The notes beneath the pieces were generated by a model, which was given only the letters and a program-made list of their open reading frames with translations, ran no database searches and was not told the DNA's origin. From Candidatus Micrarchaeota archaeon (GTDB taxonomy: Archaea > Micrarchaeota > Micrarchaeia > Micrarchaeales > Micrarchaeaceae): DNA of 52,556 bases. Positions 25,142 to 33,422 of this stretch are shown here, piece by piece; positions within the stretch are counted from its first letter, which is position 1, and every line of letters begins with the position of its first letter. Where the stretch lies: assembly GCA_028867285.1 (NCBI GenBank), contig JAGWGP010000001.1:1-52556 (forward strand), read 5' to 3'. A program made the translations under genes and the position numbers.

Positions 25142-25912
25142 ATGGCGATTGATGTAAGGAAGGAGGCTGAGGCCACCCAGGTCAACATAATGGTCGGCGG
25201 GCAGGCCAAGAGGATGAACAACGAGATCAAGGCGCTGCTGATGATAAACGGCGCCCCGCTCATCGAGAGGACGCTCAAGCAGTATGTGGAATGCGGTTTC
25301 AAGAGGTTCAACATACTCGCCGGGTACGGGCATGAGAAGATCGAGGACTACCTGAAGAACGACTCGGTTTATGCGAAGAGGGCGGACCTGCGGTTCTCCA
25401 TAGACGATCCTTCGTGGAAGGCTGCGGGAAAGGGCAAGGCCCTGAAGAAGGCGCTGGACGACAAGGTCATAGACCGTTCGATGAGGAGTGTGATAGTGCA
25501 CCCTGACGACATATTTTTCGACGACAGCGTGCCGTCAAAGATATTGGTGGGCCACATCGAGAACGACAAGCACTACTGGGCCACGGTCATCACCACATCT
25601 GGCACGGTTTACCCTTATGGTGAGGTCTTGGTCGACCCAAGCGGCAGGGTTGACAGGTTCGTGGCGAAGTCTTTCGTGGGAAAGTTCACCCACACGGGAT
25701 TGTCTGTCGTCGAGCCCCAGGTTTACGATGAGATAGAGAGGCTCGTCGACCTCGACAGCGGCGCTGCCCAGGAGTTCGAGAACGTGGTGCTGGAGAAGCT
25801 GGCCGCAGAGGGGAAGGTCGCAAACTTCACGATAAACCCGTATGGCATATGGATGTCGGTGAACACGCTCAAGGACTACGAGACCGCAAAGTCCATGCTT
25901 GAGGGCAAATAG
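25142..25912 (+). CDS. sugar-phosphate nucleotidyltransferase (NTP_transferase family)
   Basis: N-terminal VGGQAKRM(x)nKALLMINGAPLIE is a variant of the GxGxR...PK signature. Size and layout are those of glucose/mannose-1-P nucleotidyltransferases. ATG 25142 was chosen because the earlier part of the ORF is AT-rich promoter-like sequence. Confidence 0.7.
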   Translation: MAIDVRKEAEATQVNIMVGGQAKRMNNEIKALLMINGAPLIERTLKQYVECGFKRFNILAGYGHEKIEDYLKNDSVYAKRADLRFSIDDPSWKAAGKGKALKKALDDKVIDRSMRSVIVHPDDIFFDDSVPSKILVGHIENDKHYWATVITTSGTVYPYGEVLVDPSGRVDRFVAKSFVGKFTHTGLSVVEPQVYDEIERLVDLDSGAAQEFENVVLEKLAAEGKVANFTINPYGIWMSVNTLKDYETAKSMLEGK

Positions 25913-25920
25913 GCGATGCG

Positions 25921-26589
25921 ATGGAGTACAGGGCTTACGACCTGATAATATTCGACCTTGACGGGACGCTGATAGACAACAGGGACGCCATTGTGCACGC
26001 CTATAAGGAGATGCTGGCCGAGTTCGGCTACAAGTCGCCCCCCGTGGAATGGATATATACTAGGATAGGGCTCCCGCTGGACGGCACGTTCAGGATAATC
26101 AGCAACAATGCAGGGGAGGAGGTGGTGGGCAGGATGGTGGACAGCTTCCGGGACCATTACCTGAGGGAGTGCGACAACGGGGTGAGGATGCTCGATGGCG
26201 CAAAGGAGCTGCTGACCTACCTGAAGGACAACAGGTTCAAGGTTGGGCTAGCGACGACAAAGGGCGACGCTGGGGTCAAGGAGCTGCTTAGGCGCATGAA
26301 GATAGACCACCTCTTCGACCTTGCGGTCGGGCTCACCAGCGAGTTCAGGCCGAAGCCCGACCCCTCGATGCTGCTGTACATAATGGACAAGCTCTCTGTG
26401 GACAGGTCCAGGACGATGTTCGTGGGCGATACGCCGGTGGACGTGGCTGCCGCAAGGAATGCGAGGGTCAAGTCCGTGGCCGTGGCTACGGGGATAGACA
26501 TAGGCGCAACGACGCTTCGGGAGCTGAAGGCCTCGGATCCTGACATAATGGTGCAGAACATAATGGACGTGACCTCCTACCTGTACTGA
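25921..26589 (+). CDS. HAD-superfamily hydrolase (phosphoglycolate phosphatase-like)
   Basis: Motif I IIFDLDGTLIDN, motif II ATTK and motif III/IV FVGDTPVDVAAARNA. Confidence 0.85.
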   Translation: MEYRAYDLIIFDLDGTLIDNRDAIVHAYKEMLAEFGYKSPPVEWIYTRIGLPLDGTFRIISNNAGEEVVGRMVDSFRDHYLRECDNGVRMLDGAKELLTYLKDNRFKVGLATTKGDAGVKELLRRMKIDHLFDLAVGLTSEFRPKPDPSMLLYIMDKLSVDRSRTMFVGDTPVDVAAARNARVKSVAVATGIDIGATTLRELKASDPDIMVQNIMDVTSYLY

Positions 26590-26697
26590 GGACAAGGTGG
26601 CATTTTCCCGAAAATTTCCCAATAAAATGTAAGTTTACACAACATATAAATATGAGGGGATGCGTAATTACTGTATCTGATTAAAGTGGTGCTTCCG

Positions 26698-27501
26698 ATG
26701 GCAAAACCCAACAAGAACAAGCTCAAGAAGGCTGTTAAGAGGCCTGCTCCCAAGCAGAAGGCAAGGGCAGGCAAGATCGCAAAGTTGATAAAGAGGCCGA
26801 GGCCCGCGCAGAGGAGTTCCGCGGCAAAGAGGCAGGCGAAGCCGGTGCAGAGGGCAAGGGAGACGAAGGAAAGGGGAGGCACCGCCAACCAGGATGCCAT
26901 AACCCAGAAGCTCAAGAGGTTCGAGGCCGGGGAGGACATGGCGATGAGCAGGAGGGCCAGGTCCAATGTGAGCATACCGGAGCCCGAGCTGGTCAAGCAG
27001 ACCGTAGAGAACCTGGTGGCCAACGAGAACGCCATAGAGTACCTCAAGAAGAACGTGAGCAAGAGGAGTGTGGAGGTGCTCGACATGCTGATAACCCCAA
27101 AGACCGACGAGTACATGGCGGAGAAGCTCGAGATGAAGATCAACGCGATAAGGAGGATACTCAACATAATGCAGGGCTACGGCATAACCAATTATTACAT
27201 AAGCAAGAACACCAACGGGTGGCTCTCCTTCTCGTGGTACATCAACACGAGCAAGCTCCAGCCGTTCCTCGACTACATAAATAACATGGAGAGGGACAGC
27301 GCAGTGGTCAACGAGAACTGCAACGATTACTTCATATGCAACGACTGCTACAAGACCGACAAGCTGATATTCACCTTCGATGCGGCGTACGAGAACAGCT
27401 TCAAGTGCAACTGCGGTAACAGCCTCGAGAGGATGGACAGCAATGAGGTTGCGGGAATGCTGAACAAGAGAGCCGCATCAGCGGAGGAGAAGGTCCAGTA
27501 A
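26698..27501 (+). CDS. tfe: transcription factor E (TFE alpha, TFIIE-alpha homologue) with a roughly 100-aa basic N-terminal extension
   Basis: Winged helix (VEVLDMLITPKTDEYMAEKLEMKINAIRRILNIMQGYGI) plus zinc ribbon (FICNDC...FKCNCGNSL). It is preceded by a K/R/A/P-rich tail (KPNKNKLKKAVKRPAPKQKARAGKIAKLIKRPRPAQR...). Confidence 0.8.
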   Translation: MAKPNKNKLKKAVKRPAPKQKARAGKIAKLIKRPRPAQRSSAAKRQAKPVQRARETKERGGTANQDAITQKLKRFEAGEDMAMSRRARSNVSIPEPELVKQTVENLVANENAIEYLKKNVSKRSVEVLDMLITPKTDEYMAEKLEMKINAIRRILNIMQGYGITNYYISKNTNGWLSFSWYINTSKLQPFLDYINNMERDSAVVNENCNDYFICNDCYKTDKLIFTFDAAYENSFKCNCGNSLERMDSNEVAGMLNKRAASAEEKVQ

Positions 27502-27542
27502 ATACTGCGCATACAGGCATTTAACCGTGCGGCGGTATCTCT

Positions 27543-28358
27543 ATGAGCCATAGGATAAACAGGCAGATGCTTGCGGAGGCTACGGAGGAACTCTACAACA
27601 GGCCTGATTCCGGGAACGCCAAGAACCTCCTCAGGGACACGGTCAACAGCCTCGACAAGCTGTGGACCGGATTCCTTGCGCCCGTCTTCCAGGTGGACGC
27701 GCCGCCGCCCTTCATGTGGAATCGAAGCCCCAGGAGCATAGTGGAGAACATAACTGATACGCTGGGCATAAGGCGGAACATCGTGCTCAGCCTCGACCAG
27801 TACGAGAGGGAGAGGCGCTTCTTCGAGCACATAATAGTGAGCCTGAGGCAGAAGACAATCGCGGGCAGCACCGGTAAGATAGTCATGGCCGGCTTTGCCC
27901 TGCCTGATGCGAGGAGCCTGTCCGACCATAGGGTCATAGACAGGTGCATAGCGTCGATGGCAAGCCAGGCGATGAAGGACAGCAGCATGGTGTGGCTGAC
28001 AGAATATGAGAGTTATGGGGTTCAACCCATAGACAGCGTGCTGAACCTTCACCTGCCGAAGCTCGAGGGGATGGTGGCGAGGGCGTTCCTGGTCAACAAT
28101 TTCGAGGACGCGAGGCGCAATGCGGATGACAGGACCCTCGATCAGGCGAAGCTCATAAATTCGCTGCTGAGGAATAGCGGCGGCCAGAATCCCTTGGAGA
28201 TGGTGAGGGGCTACCTCAGGATGATGGAATGGGATTCCGATTATGCCGATTTCGGCATCGCACACCTCCACAACAAGATGCAGTACATGAAGAAGACAGG
28301 AGAGGTGTACAGGCAAAACGGGGGCAGCCTGGCCTCTGTCTCAGAAACATATAAATAA
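27543..28358 (+). CDS. hypothetical protein (271 aa)
   Basis: Host-like codon usage and balanced composition. Preferred over the longer antisense ORF 27348..28316, which is His/Pro/Arg/Val-rich. No family recognised. Confidence 0.5.
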   Translation: MSHRINRQMLAEATEELYNRPDSGNAKNLLRDTVNSLDKLWTGFLAPVFQVDAPPPFMWNRSPRSIVENITDTLGIRRNIVLSLDQYERERRFFEHIIVSLRQKTIAGSTGKIVMAGFALPDARSLSDHRVIDRCIASMASQAMKDSSMVWLTEYESYGVQPIDSVLNLHLPKLEGMVARAFLVNNFEDARRNADDRTLDQAKLINSLLRNSGGQNPLEMVRGYLRMMEWDSDYADFGIAHLHNKMQYMKKTGEVYRQNGGSLASVSETYK

Positions 28359-28381
28359 CGCCGCCGACTAAATCATATCAT

Positions 28382-28456
28382 AGCGAGGTAGGGTAGCCTG
28401 GAGTGCCCGCCGGGCTCATAACCCGGAGATCGATGGTTCAAATCCATTCCTCGCTA
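28382..28456 (+). tRNA. tRNA-Met (anticodon CAU), initiator-like
   Basis: AGCGAGG-TA-GGGT-AGCCTGGAGT-GCCC-G-CCGGG-CTCATAA-CCCGG-AGATC-GATGG-TTCAAAT-CCATT-CCTCGCT-A. The A1:U72 pair and three consecutive G:C pairs closing the anticodon stem are archaeal initiator hallmarks. Confidence 0.85.
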
Positions 28457-28620
28457 TTTCAGGCTTATTTTAGCTCAAATTTCACAAAAACAAAGCTCGG
28501 TAGGGTTCACTTCCGCTAATATTTTGTTTTGTCTGACCTTTTATAATTAGATTAACTACTTTCCTACAACATACTATATAAGAGAAAGTTGCGCGATTAC
28601 CGGAACTGTGGGGTGCTGCT

Positions 28621-29109
28621 GTGAGTGAAAACGTAAGTTACGACTATCTGTGGCAGACTCTGGAAAACGAGAAGAGGACCAACCAGCTCACCCAGATACC
28701 CAAGACGTTCTACACCGACACTATAACCTTTATAAACAGCATTGACCAAAATACTAGGGAGGCAAACCTCAGGAACAATGCCGTTCGCCTGCTGACAGAG
28801 CTCTTCGAGATAAGGAAGCAGAAGATACTCGTCTACGTCGCGTACAACAAGCACGTGCCGCAGCAGATAGCCGCAAACGAGCAGGAGTTCTACAGCCGGA
28901 TAAGCGAGATATCAAGGAACAACAGGATCGAGCTCAACCAGTCAAGCGGCGGCTCCGCAAGGAAGGCCAAGTCGATCATGGACATACCGGAGATACTCCT
29001 CCCTTCTGGCAACAAGGCGGGCCCATTCAAGAAGGAGCAGATAATAACAATGGACAACGAGACGGACCTTAAGTTCCTCGTCGACAGTTCGATATGCGCA
29101 TATTTATGA
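28621..29109 (+). CDS. GINS complex subunit (Gins51/Gins15-like)
   Basis: The N-terminal helical A-domain pattern is YDYLWQTLENEKRTNQLTQIPKTFYTD...LLTELFEIRKQKIL. A small C-terminal B-domain follows (IMDIPEILLPSGNKAGPFKKEQIITM). GTG start. Confidence 0.65.
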   Translation: MSENVSYDYLWQTLENEKRTNQLTQIPKTFYTDTITFINSIDQNTREANLRNNAVRLLTELFEIRKQKILVYVAYNKHVPQQIAANEQEFYSRISEISRNNRIELNQSSGGSARKAKSIMDIPEILLPSGNKAGPFKKEQIITMDNETDLKFLVDSSICAYL

Positions 29110-29124
29110 AGAAAGTTGGTTAAG

Positions 29125-29409
29125 ATGAAGATAAAGAAGGAGATAAACGTATACTGCCCGAAGTGCAACAAGCACACGCTTCACACGCTGAAGATGCCGT
29201 CGAAGGGCGCACAGAGGGGGCTCAGCAAGGCCACAAGGAGGCACAACAGGGCCATAAGGGGATATGTGGGAAGCGTAGAGCCCAAGATACACCCCAAGAA
29301 GCTCGGCAAGAGGCAGAAGGTCCTGCTCGTCTGCAAGGAGTGCAAGTTCACTGTCGAGAGGGTCTTCGGCGGAAGGACCAAGAAGAAGATAGAGATCAAG
29401 GCGCAATAG
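29125..29409 (+). CDS. rpl44e: 50S ribosomal protein eL42 (L44e)
   Basis: MKIKKEINVYCPKCNKHTLHT...VLLVCKECKF zinc-ribbon r-protein, 94 aa. Confidence 0.92.
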   Translation: MKIKKEINVYCPKCNKHTLHTLKMPSKGAQRGLSKATRRHNRAIRGYVGSVEPKIHPKKLGKRQKVLLVCKECKFTVERVFGGRTKKKIEIKAQ

Positions 29410-29414
29410 CAAGG

Positions 29415-30212
29415 ATGCTCATGGAACAAAAGGCGTTGCCTAACGTTGGAGAGCTGGTAATAGCCAACATAAGCAAGATAGGCAAGTTCGGCGCCTACTG
29501 CAGGCTACCTGAGTACAACGACCTCGAGGTCTTCCTCCCGATAAGGGAGGTATCCTCCGGATGGATAAAGAACATAAGGGAGTTCATACACGAGGGCCAG
29601 AGGATAGTCTGCGAGGTGGTCTTCTACGACAGGGAGAAGAACACGATCGACGTCTCGCTGAAGAGGGTCCCCGCGGCCAAGGCAAAGGCGAGGATAAGGT
29701 CATACAACCTCGAGAAGAGGCTGGCCGGGCTGTTCGCCCAGGCTGCCAAGACCTCAAAGGAGGAGAACAAGGAGGCGCTGGCGTCCATCGCGCTGTCGGA
29801 GTTCAAGACTTACACGGAGCTGGTGTCCAACGCAGCCGAGAACACGCCGCAGTTCGCCGCGTCCAAGCTGCCCAAGAGGTTCAAGGAGGCGCTGCTGAAG
29901 GCGCTTGAGACCAACAGGAAGAAGAGGAGGTTCGTGGTCTCCTACATAATGAAGCTCTACACGTACAATACGATGAGCGGCGCCACCGAGCTCAGGAAGC
30001 TGCTGGGTGAGGTAAGGGACACGGGCATAGAGGTCAGTTACATAGGCGCGCCAAGGTACAGGCTCGTGTCGGAGGATGTTGATTACACCAAGGCCGAGGA
30101 CAAGATAAGGAGGGCCGAGGCAATAATAAAGGAGAGGCTGACCAAGGGGGTCTTTGAGATAGAGAAGGAGAAGCTCAAGAAGGCGAAGGAGGACATACTG
30201 GAGGAGATATGA
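29415..30212 (+). CDS. eif2a: translation initiation factor aIF2 alpha subunit
   Basis: S1 domain LPNVGELVIANISKIGKFGAYCRLPEYNDLEVFLPIREVSSGWIKNIREF... and the helical and alpha-beta domains. The part of track ORF 29163.. upstream of 29415 is out-of-frame overlap with L44e. Confidence 0.9.
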   Translation: MLMEQKALPNVGELVIANISKIGKFGAYCRLPEYNDLEVFLPIREVSSGWIKNIREFIHEGQRIVCEVVFYDREKNTIDVSLKRVPAAKAKARIRSYNLEKRLAGLFAQAAKTSKEENKEALASIALSEFKTYTELVSNAAENTPQFAASKLPKRFKEALLKALETNRKKRRFVVSYIMKLYTYNTMSGATELRKLLGEVRDTGIEVSYIGAPRYRLVSEDVDYTKAEDKIRRAEAIIKERLTKGVFEIEKEKLKKAKEDILEEI

Positions 30213-31009
30213 CCATGGCGATCGAGAGGACCACTATCAAGGTCAAGAAGGGAGCCAGGCCAAACAGCCCGATACTCATAGTCGGCCTCCCGGGCATAGG
30301 CAACGTGGGCAAGCTCGTGGCCGAGCACCTCAGGAAGGAGCTCAAGGCCGAGAGGATAGCCACGCTCTACTCGCCGCACTTCCCGCACCAGGCGCTGATG
30401 CTGAAGAACGGCTCCGTCAGGCTGGTCTCCAACAGGTTCTACCTCGCCAAGTCGCCGAAGAAGGGGGGCAGCGACATAATAATCCTGACCGGGGACACGC
30501 AGGCAGTGTCGCCGGAGGGGCAGTACGAGGTCAACTCGAGGATAGTCGAGTTCTTCGCCAAGAGGCTCAAGGGGAGCTTCATCTACACGGTGGGCGGCTA
30601 CAACCTCGGCGAGCCTATAGTCAAGGAGCCCAGGGTGTTCGGCAACGCCACGTCAGGCAAGGTGATCAAGGGCTTCAAGAGCACCAACGTCATATTCGGC
30701 AAGTCAAGGGGGGTCATCTGGGGATCCGCCGGCCTCATCATAGCGTTCGCGAAGATGAAGGGCCTGGACGGGCTGTGCATCATGGGAGAGGTGGGGCCGT
30801 TCGACATAGACGCGAGCGCCGCAAAGGCGGTCATAACCACGCTGTCCAAGAAGTTGGGGCTGGAGATACACACCCAGAACCTCGACAAGATGATAGAGCA
30901 GACCGCCAAGCTGGTCAGGGAGCTGGAGAAGCAGGCCGGCATGCCTGCGCCGCTGGAGTCCGGCACAGAGGCGGGCTCCAAGGAACACAGGCCCTCTTAC
31001 ATACGCTGA
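30209..31009 (+). CDS. PAC2-family proteasome assembly chaperone (COG1938)
   Basis: PILIVGLPGIGNVGKLVAEHL...LYSPHFPHQ... typical of the family. The start overlaps the aIF2alpha stop (ATGA). Confidence 0.8.
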   Translation: MTMAIERTTIKVKKGARPNSPILIVGLPGIGNVGKLVAEHLRKELKAERIATLYSPHFPHQALMLKNGSVRLVSNRFYLAKSPKKGGSDIIILTGDTQAVSPEGQYEVNSRIVEFFAKRLKGSFIYTVGGYNLGEPIVKEPRVFGNATSGKVIKGFKSTNVIFGKSRGVIWGSAGLIIAFAKMKGLDGLCIMGEVGPFDIDASAAKAVITTLSKKLGLEIHTQNLDKMIEQTAKLVRELEKQAGMPAPLESGTEAGSKEHRPSYIR

Positions 31010-31016
31010 TGCTTAC

Positions 31017-31089
31017 GCGGGTTTAGTCTAGCCTGGTAGGACTCGAGCTTCCCAAGCTCGTAGCCCGGGTTCAAATCCCGGAGCCCGCA
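31017..31089 (+). tRNA. tRNA-Gly (anticodon CCC)
   Basis: GCGGGTT-TA-GTCT-AGCCTGGTA-GGAC-T-CGAGC-TTCCCAA-GCTCG-TAGC-CCGGG-TTCAAAT-CCCGG-AGCCCGC-A; complete cloverleaf. Confidence 0.9.
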
Positions 31090-31106
31090 CATAACATGGT
31101 GAACAG

Positions 31107-31430
31107 GTGGATCCGCTTTACTTCAACGTACTGGACTACGTGACGATACAGCTCTACGCCTACATAGTCACCAGGAAGATCTTCGAGCGGATGAACAGGA
31201 GGAGGCTGATGCGGCGCGAGAGGCGCAACAGGGAGTTCACCGACCTCGAGAACTTCACCTCCCTGATAGTGAGCTTCATAATAGCGGGCAGCATATTCAG
31301 CGGCATAAGCGGGCTGTTCCCGGACATCGCCGCGCTCAACGCCCCTATCTGGCTAGCAGACCTTGTCCTCATCGGAATCGGCTTCTTCATAGCCAGGGCG
31401 CTCGGACTGCTGGAGAACCCATACGCATAG
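31107..31430 (+). CDS. small membrane protein (2 predicted TM helices, Arg-rich loop)
   Basis: GTG-start ORF with host-like ATA/AGG codons. Hydrophobic segments are LIVSFIIAGSIFSGISGLF and LADLVLIGIGFFIARALGLL. No family recognised. Confidence 0.45.
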   Translation: MDPLYFNVLDYVTIQLYAYIVTRKIFERMNRRRLMRRERRNREFTDLENFTSLIVSFIIAGSIFSGISGLFPDIAALNAPIWLADLVLIGIGFFIARALGLLENPYA

Positions 31431-31495
31431 GCGCCAGCCCCAACAGCAGGCTTAAATATTGGGAGAATCTTATCCAAACTGAGATAGGGGGTGCG

Positions 31496-32698
31496 ATGAA
31501 GTTCCTGGTAGATGCGAACCTTCCTCCCGAGCTTTGCAACCTGTTCGACAGCTACGGCCACATAGCAAAGCACGTCAACGACACCACGTTCAGCAAGGAC
31601 CCGCACATACTCAGGCACGCCATAAGGGAGGGCTACATAATAGTGACCCAGGACATCGGCTTCCAGGAGCGTATTATAGGCCAGTCCATAGGGCCCAAGG
31701 GGCTGTTCATCCCGCCAAAGACCAGCGGGATCCAGATCGCAATCATACCCTCATACTGCAGGGAGGACAGGGGCAGGGTCATGGCCGAGGCATCCAAGCT
31801 AAGGGCCGCGTATCGCCATATGCACAAGGTACATCTTGACGATGACGAGACGCACTCCCCGGGGTGGAAGCACAGGTACTGGGAGCTCAGGGGCGTGCCG
31901 CTCAGGATAGGGGTCTCGGACAGGGAGATAACCGCAAACAGCACCGTAATCATAAGGAAGAACGCCGTCGAGAAGCCGAAACTCGGCATCTGGGGCGTGG
32001 ACGAGAGGCTGGAGGAGCTGGTACGCAAGATGAGCAGGGGGTTCTACCATCTGCCACAGGGCGCAAAGGGGCTGGTGATGATACGCGGCTTCTCCAGGTC
32101 CAACGGCGAGAGGCTGGCCGAGGACCAGAGGAAGAGGATATACGAGGCCCTTGACGGGATGCTCAAGTCCATGGTGACGATATCCTTTGCAAGGGCACAG
32201 CTGGTGGACATAAGGGTCGACAGGGACGCCACCTGCTACAGGATCCACGACAGGGCCACGGGAGGCGGGATATACCTTAACGAGATACGCGAGATACACA
32301 ACTTCGAGGAGAAGCTCGCCTACCTGAGGCAGGCGACCGGCATGAGCTGCTCCAGCATCATAGAGGACCAGGAGAGGGTCGTGAACGGGAGGAAGGTGGT
32401 TAACAGCCACAGGAACTTCCTCAGGGGGCCGCTCAGCTACATAGCCAAGAGGGTGGACACCGCAGCGGCAGCAGGCATAGACGTGACCCTGGAGCACAAC
32501 GTCACCAAGGCCATAAACAAGAAGGACAAGCAGTTCAACAGGTGGGTCAGGGCGGCCGCGCATCCGGAGAGGGCGCTAGAGCTGGAGAGGCTCCTGCAAT
32601 CGGAGCACAAGACCAGGCAGCAGCAGGGCACCAACTTCAAGCAGCCCTACATAATGTCAAACTCCAGCAAAAGCAATAATAAAGTCAAAACCAGATAG
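31496..32698 (+). CDS. fusion protein: DUF5615/Mut7-C-type PIN-like domain + ProRS-type HGTP anticodon-binding domain + unknown 200-aa C-terminal region
   Basis: Residues 1-75 (MKFLVDANLPPELCNLFDSYGHIAKHV...DPHILRHAIREGYIIVTQDIGF) fit the DUF5615 PIN-like pattern. Residues about 85-190 (IQIAIIP...DDDETHSPGWKHRYWELRGVPLRIGVSDREI..TVIIRKN) carry the ProRS hallmark SPGWK..WEL.GVP.RI..G and the anticodon-binding-domain layout. No class II catalytic motifs are present. Confidence 0.6.
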   Translation: MKFLVDANLPPELCNLFDSYGHIAKHVNDTTFSKDPHILRHAIREGYIIVTQDIGFQERIIGQSIGPKGLFIPPKTSGIQIAIIPSYCREDRGRVMAEASKLRAAYRHMHKVHLDDDETHSPGWKHRYWELRGVPLRIGVSDREITANSTVIIRKNAVEKPKLGIWGVDERLEELVRKMSRGFYHLPQGAKGLVMIRGFSRSNGERLAEDQRKRIYEALDGMLKSMVTISFARAQLVDIRVDRDATCYRIHDRATGGGIYLNEIREIHNFEEKLAYLRQATGMSCSSIIEDQERVVNGRKVVNSHRNFLRGPLSYIAKRVDTAAAAGIDVTLEHNVTKAINKKDKQFNRWVRAAAHPERALELERLLQSEHKTRQQQGTNFKQPYIMSNSSKSNNKVKTR

Positions 32699-32704
32699 AT
32701 AGCC

Positions 32705-33001
32705 ATGTCAACCAGGGAGGCGGACCGCAGAAGCGTAAGGGACGAGTTGCTCACCAACCCTACCGAGGCGTCGGTCACCCGCCTGGTCAAGCAGCATCCG
32801 GACATCGCCACTCCCAACGACATAGTCGCGCTTCTGGGAACGGACAACAGGAGGATAGCCAACATAATCATCGAGAACATGGGCAGCATGCCGCTGGTGT
32901 CGCAGAGCGACGCCGTGAAGAGGGCCCTCGAGGCCTACGCGCTCCGCTCAAGCAGGGATCCCGCGTTCCTGGAGAAATACCTGTCATACAGGAGGAGATA
33001 A
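32705..33001 (+). CDS. hypothetical small helical protein (98 aa), second gene of the PIN-fusion operon
   Basis: Starts 6 nt after the preceding stop; host-like codons; no family recognised. Confidence 0.5.
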   Translation: MSTREADRRSVRDELLTNPTEASVTRLVKQHPDIATPNDIVALLGTDNRRIANIIIENMGSMPLVSQSDAVKRALEAYALRSSRDPAFLEKYLSYRRR

Positions 33002-33002
33002 G

Positions 33003-33422
33003 ATGGAGGTCGCAATAAAGGACGGCACAAGGATAAACAGCTCCACCTACTACGCCGCATCGAAGATGGCATACGAGGTGCACCGCCTCCTAGCAACAGC
33101 CCGCGTACTTGACGCCGGGGCAAAGGAGCCGGATACGCTATCCATGGCACTCAGCTATGCTCGCGAGCTGAAGGGCTCTGACAAGCCCCTGCTCAGGCAG
33201 GCGCTCGAGTTCATCGGGCCAAAGCTGATATCCTCATCCGCAGCAGCAGGCAACAAGATGGGGGTAGACCGGATACTCGACCTGGCGATCGGGGAGCTGG
33301 AGCATGTAATGGCCGCAAAGAGGACAGACCCAAAGGCCAACATCTACTCTGCCATACTGTTCAAGGAGCTGTTCGAGTACTACGTAAAGATGAAGCTCGA
33401 GGCGGAGGCCAGGGGGCTATAG
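33003..33422 (+). CDS. hypothetical helical protein (139 aa), third gene of the PIN-fusion operon
   Basis: Starts 1 nt after the preceding stop; no family recognised. Confidence 0.5.
   Translation: MEVAIKDGTRINSSTYYAASKMAYEVHRLLATARVLDAGAKEPDTLSMALSYARELKGSDKPLLRQALEFIGPKLISSSAAAGNKMGVDRILDLAIGELEHVMAAKRTDPKANIYSAILFKELFEYYVKMKLEAEARGL

Noticed and set aside
26577-27167. 196-aa hydrophobic minus-strand ORF opposite the tfe 5' region
   Set aside because: It was considered because the + frame there is low-complexity. However, the + frame is continuous with the TFE winged helix and has a promoter at the right distance. The minus ORF has no start context and is Leu/Ser/Phe/Ala-rich, as expected for the antisense of K/R/A codons.
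27348-28316. 322-aa minus-strand ORF
   Set aside because: It has the His/Pro/Arg/Val/Leu-rich composition typical of the antisense of AGG/GAG/AAG-rich coding sequence. It overlaps the 3' end of tfe and nearly all of the + ORF. Kept only as a caveat in the findings.
29163-29414. Upstream 84 codons of track ORF 29163..30212
   Set aside because: They overlap rpl44e out of frame. The aIF2alpha S1 domain begins right after the ATG at 29415, so the CDS was trimmed.
31017-33422. Integrated mobile element at tRNA-Gly (and similarly at tRNA-Lys, 37365..38713)
   Set aside because: I could find by eye no integrase, transposase or direct repeat of the tRNA 3' end. The 31.1-33.4 kb genes also use host-like codons. 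The island idea was retained only as a weak possibility for the codon-atypical 37.4-38.6 kb pair.
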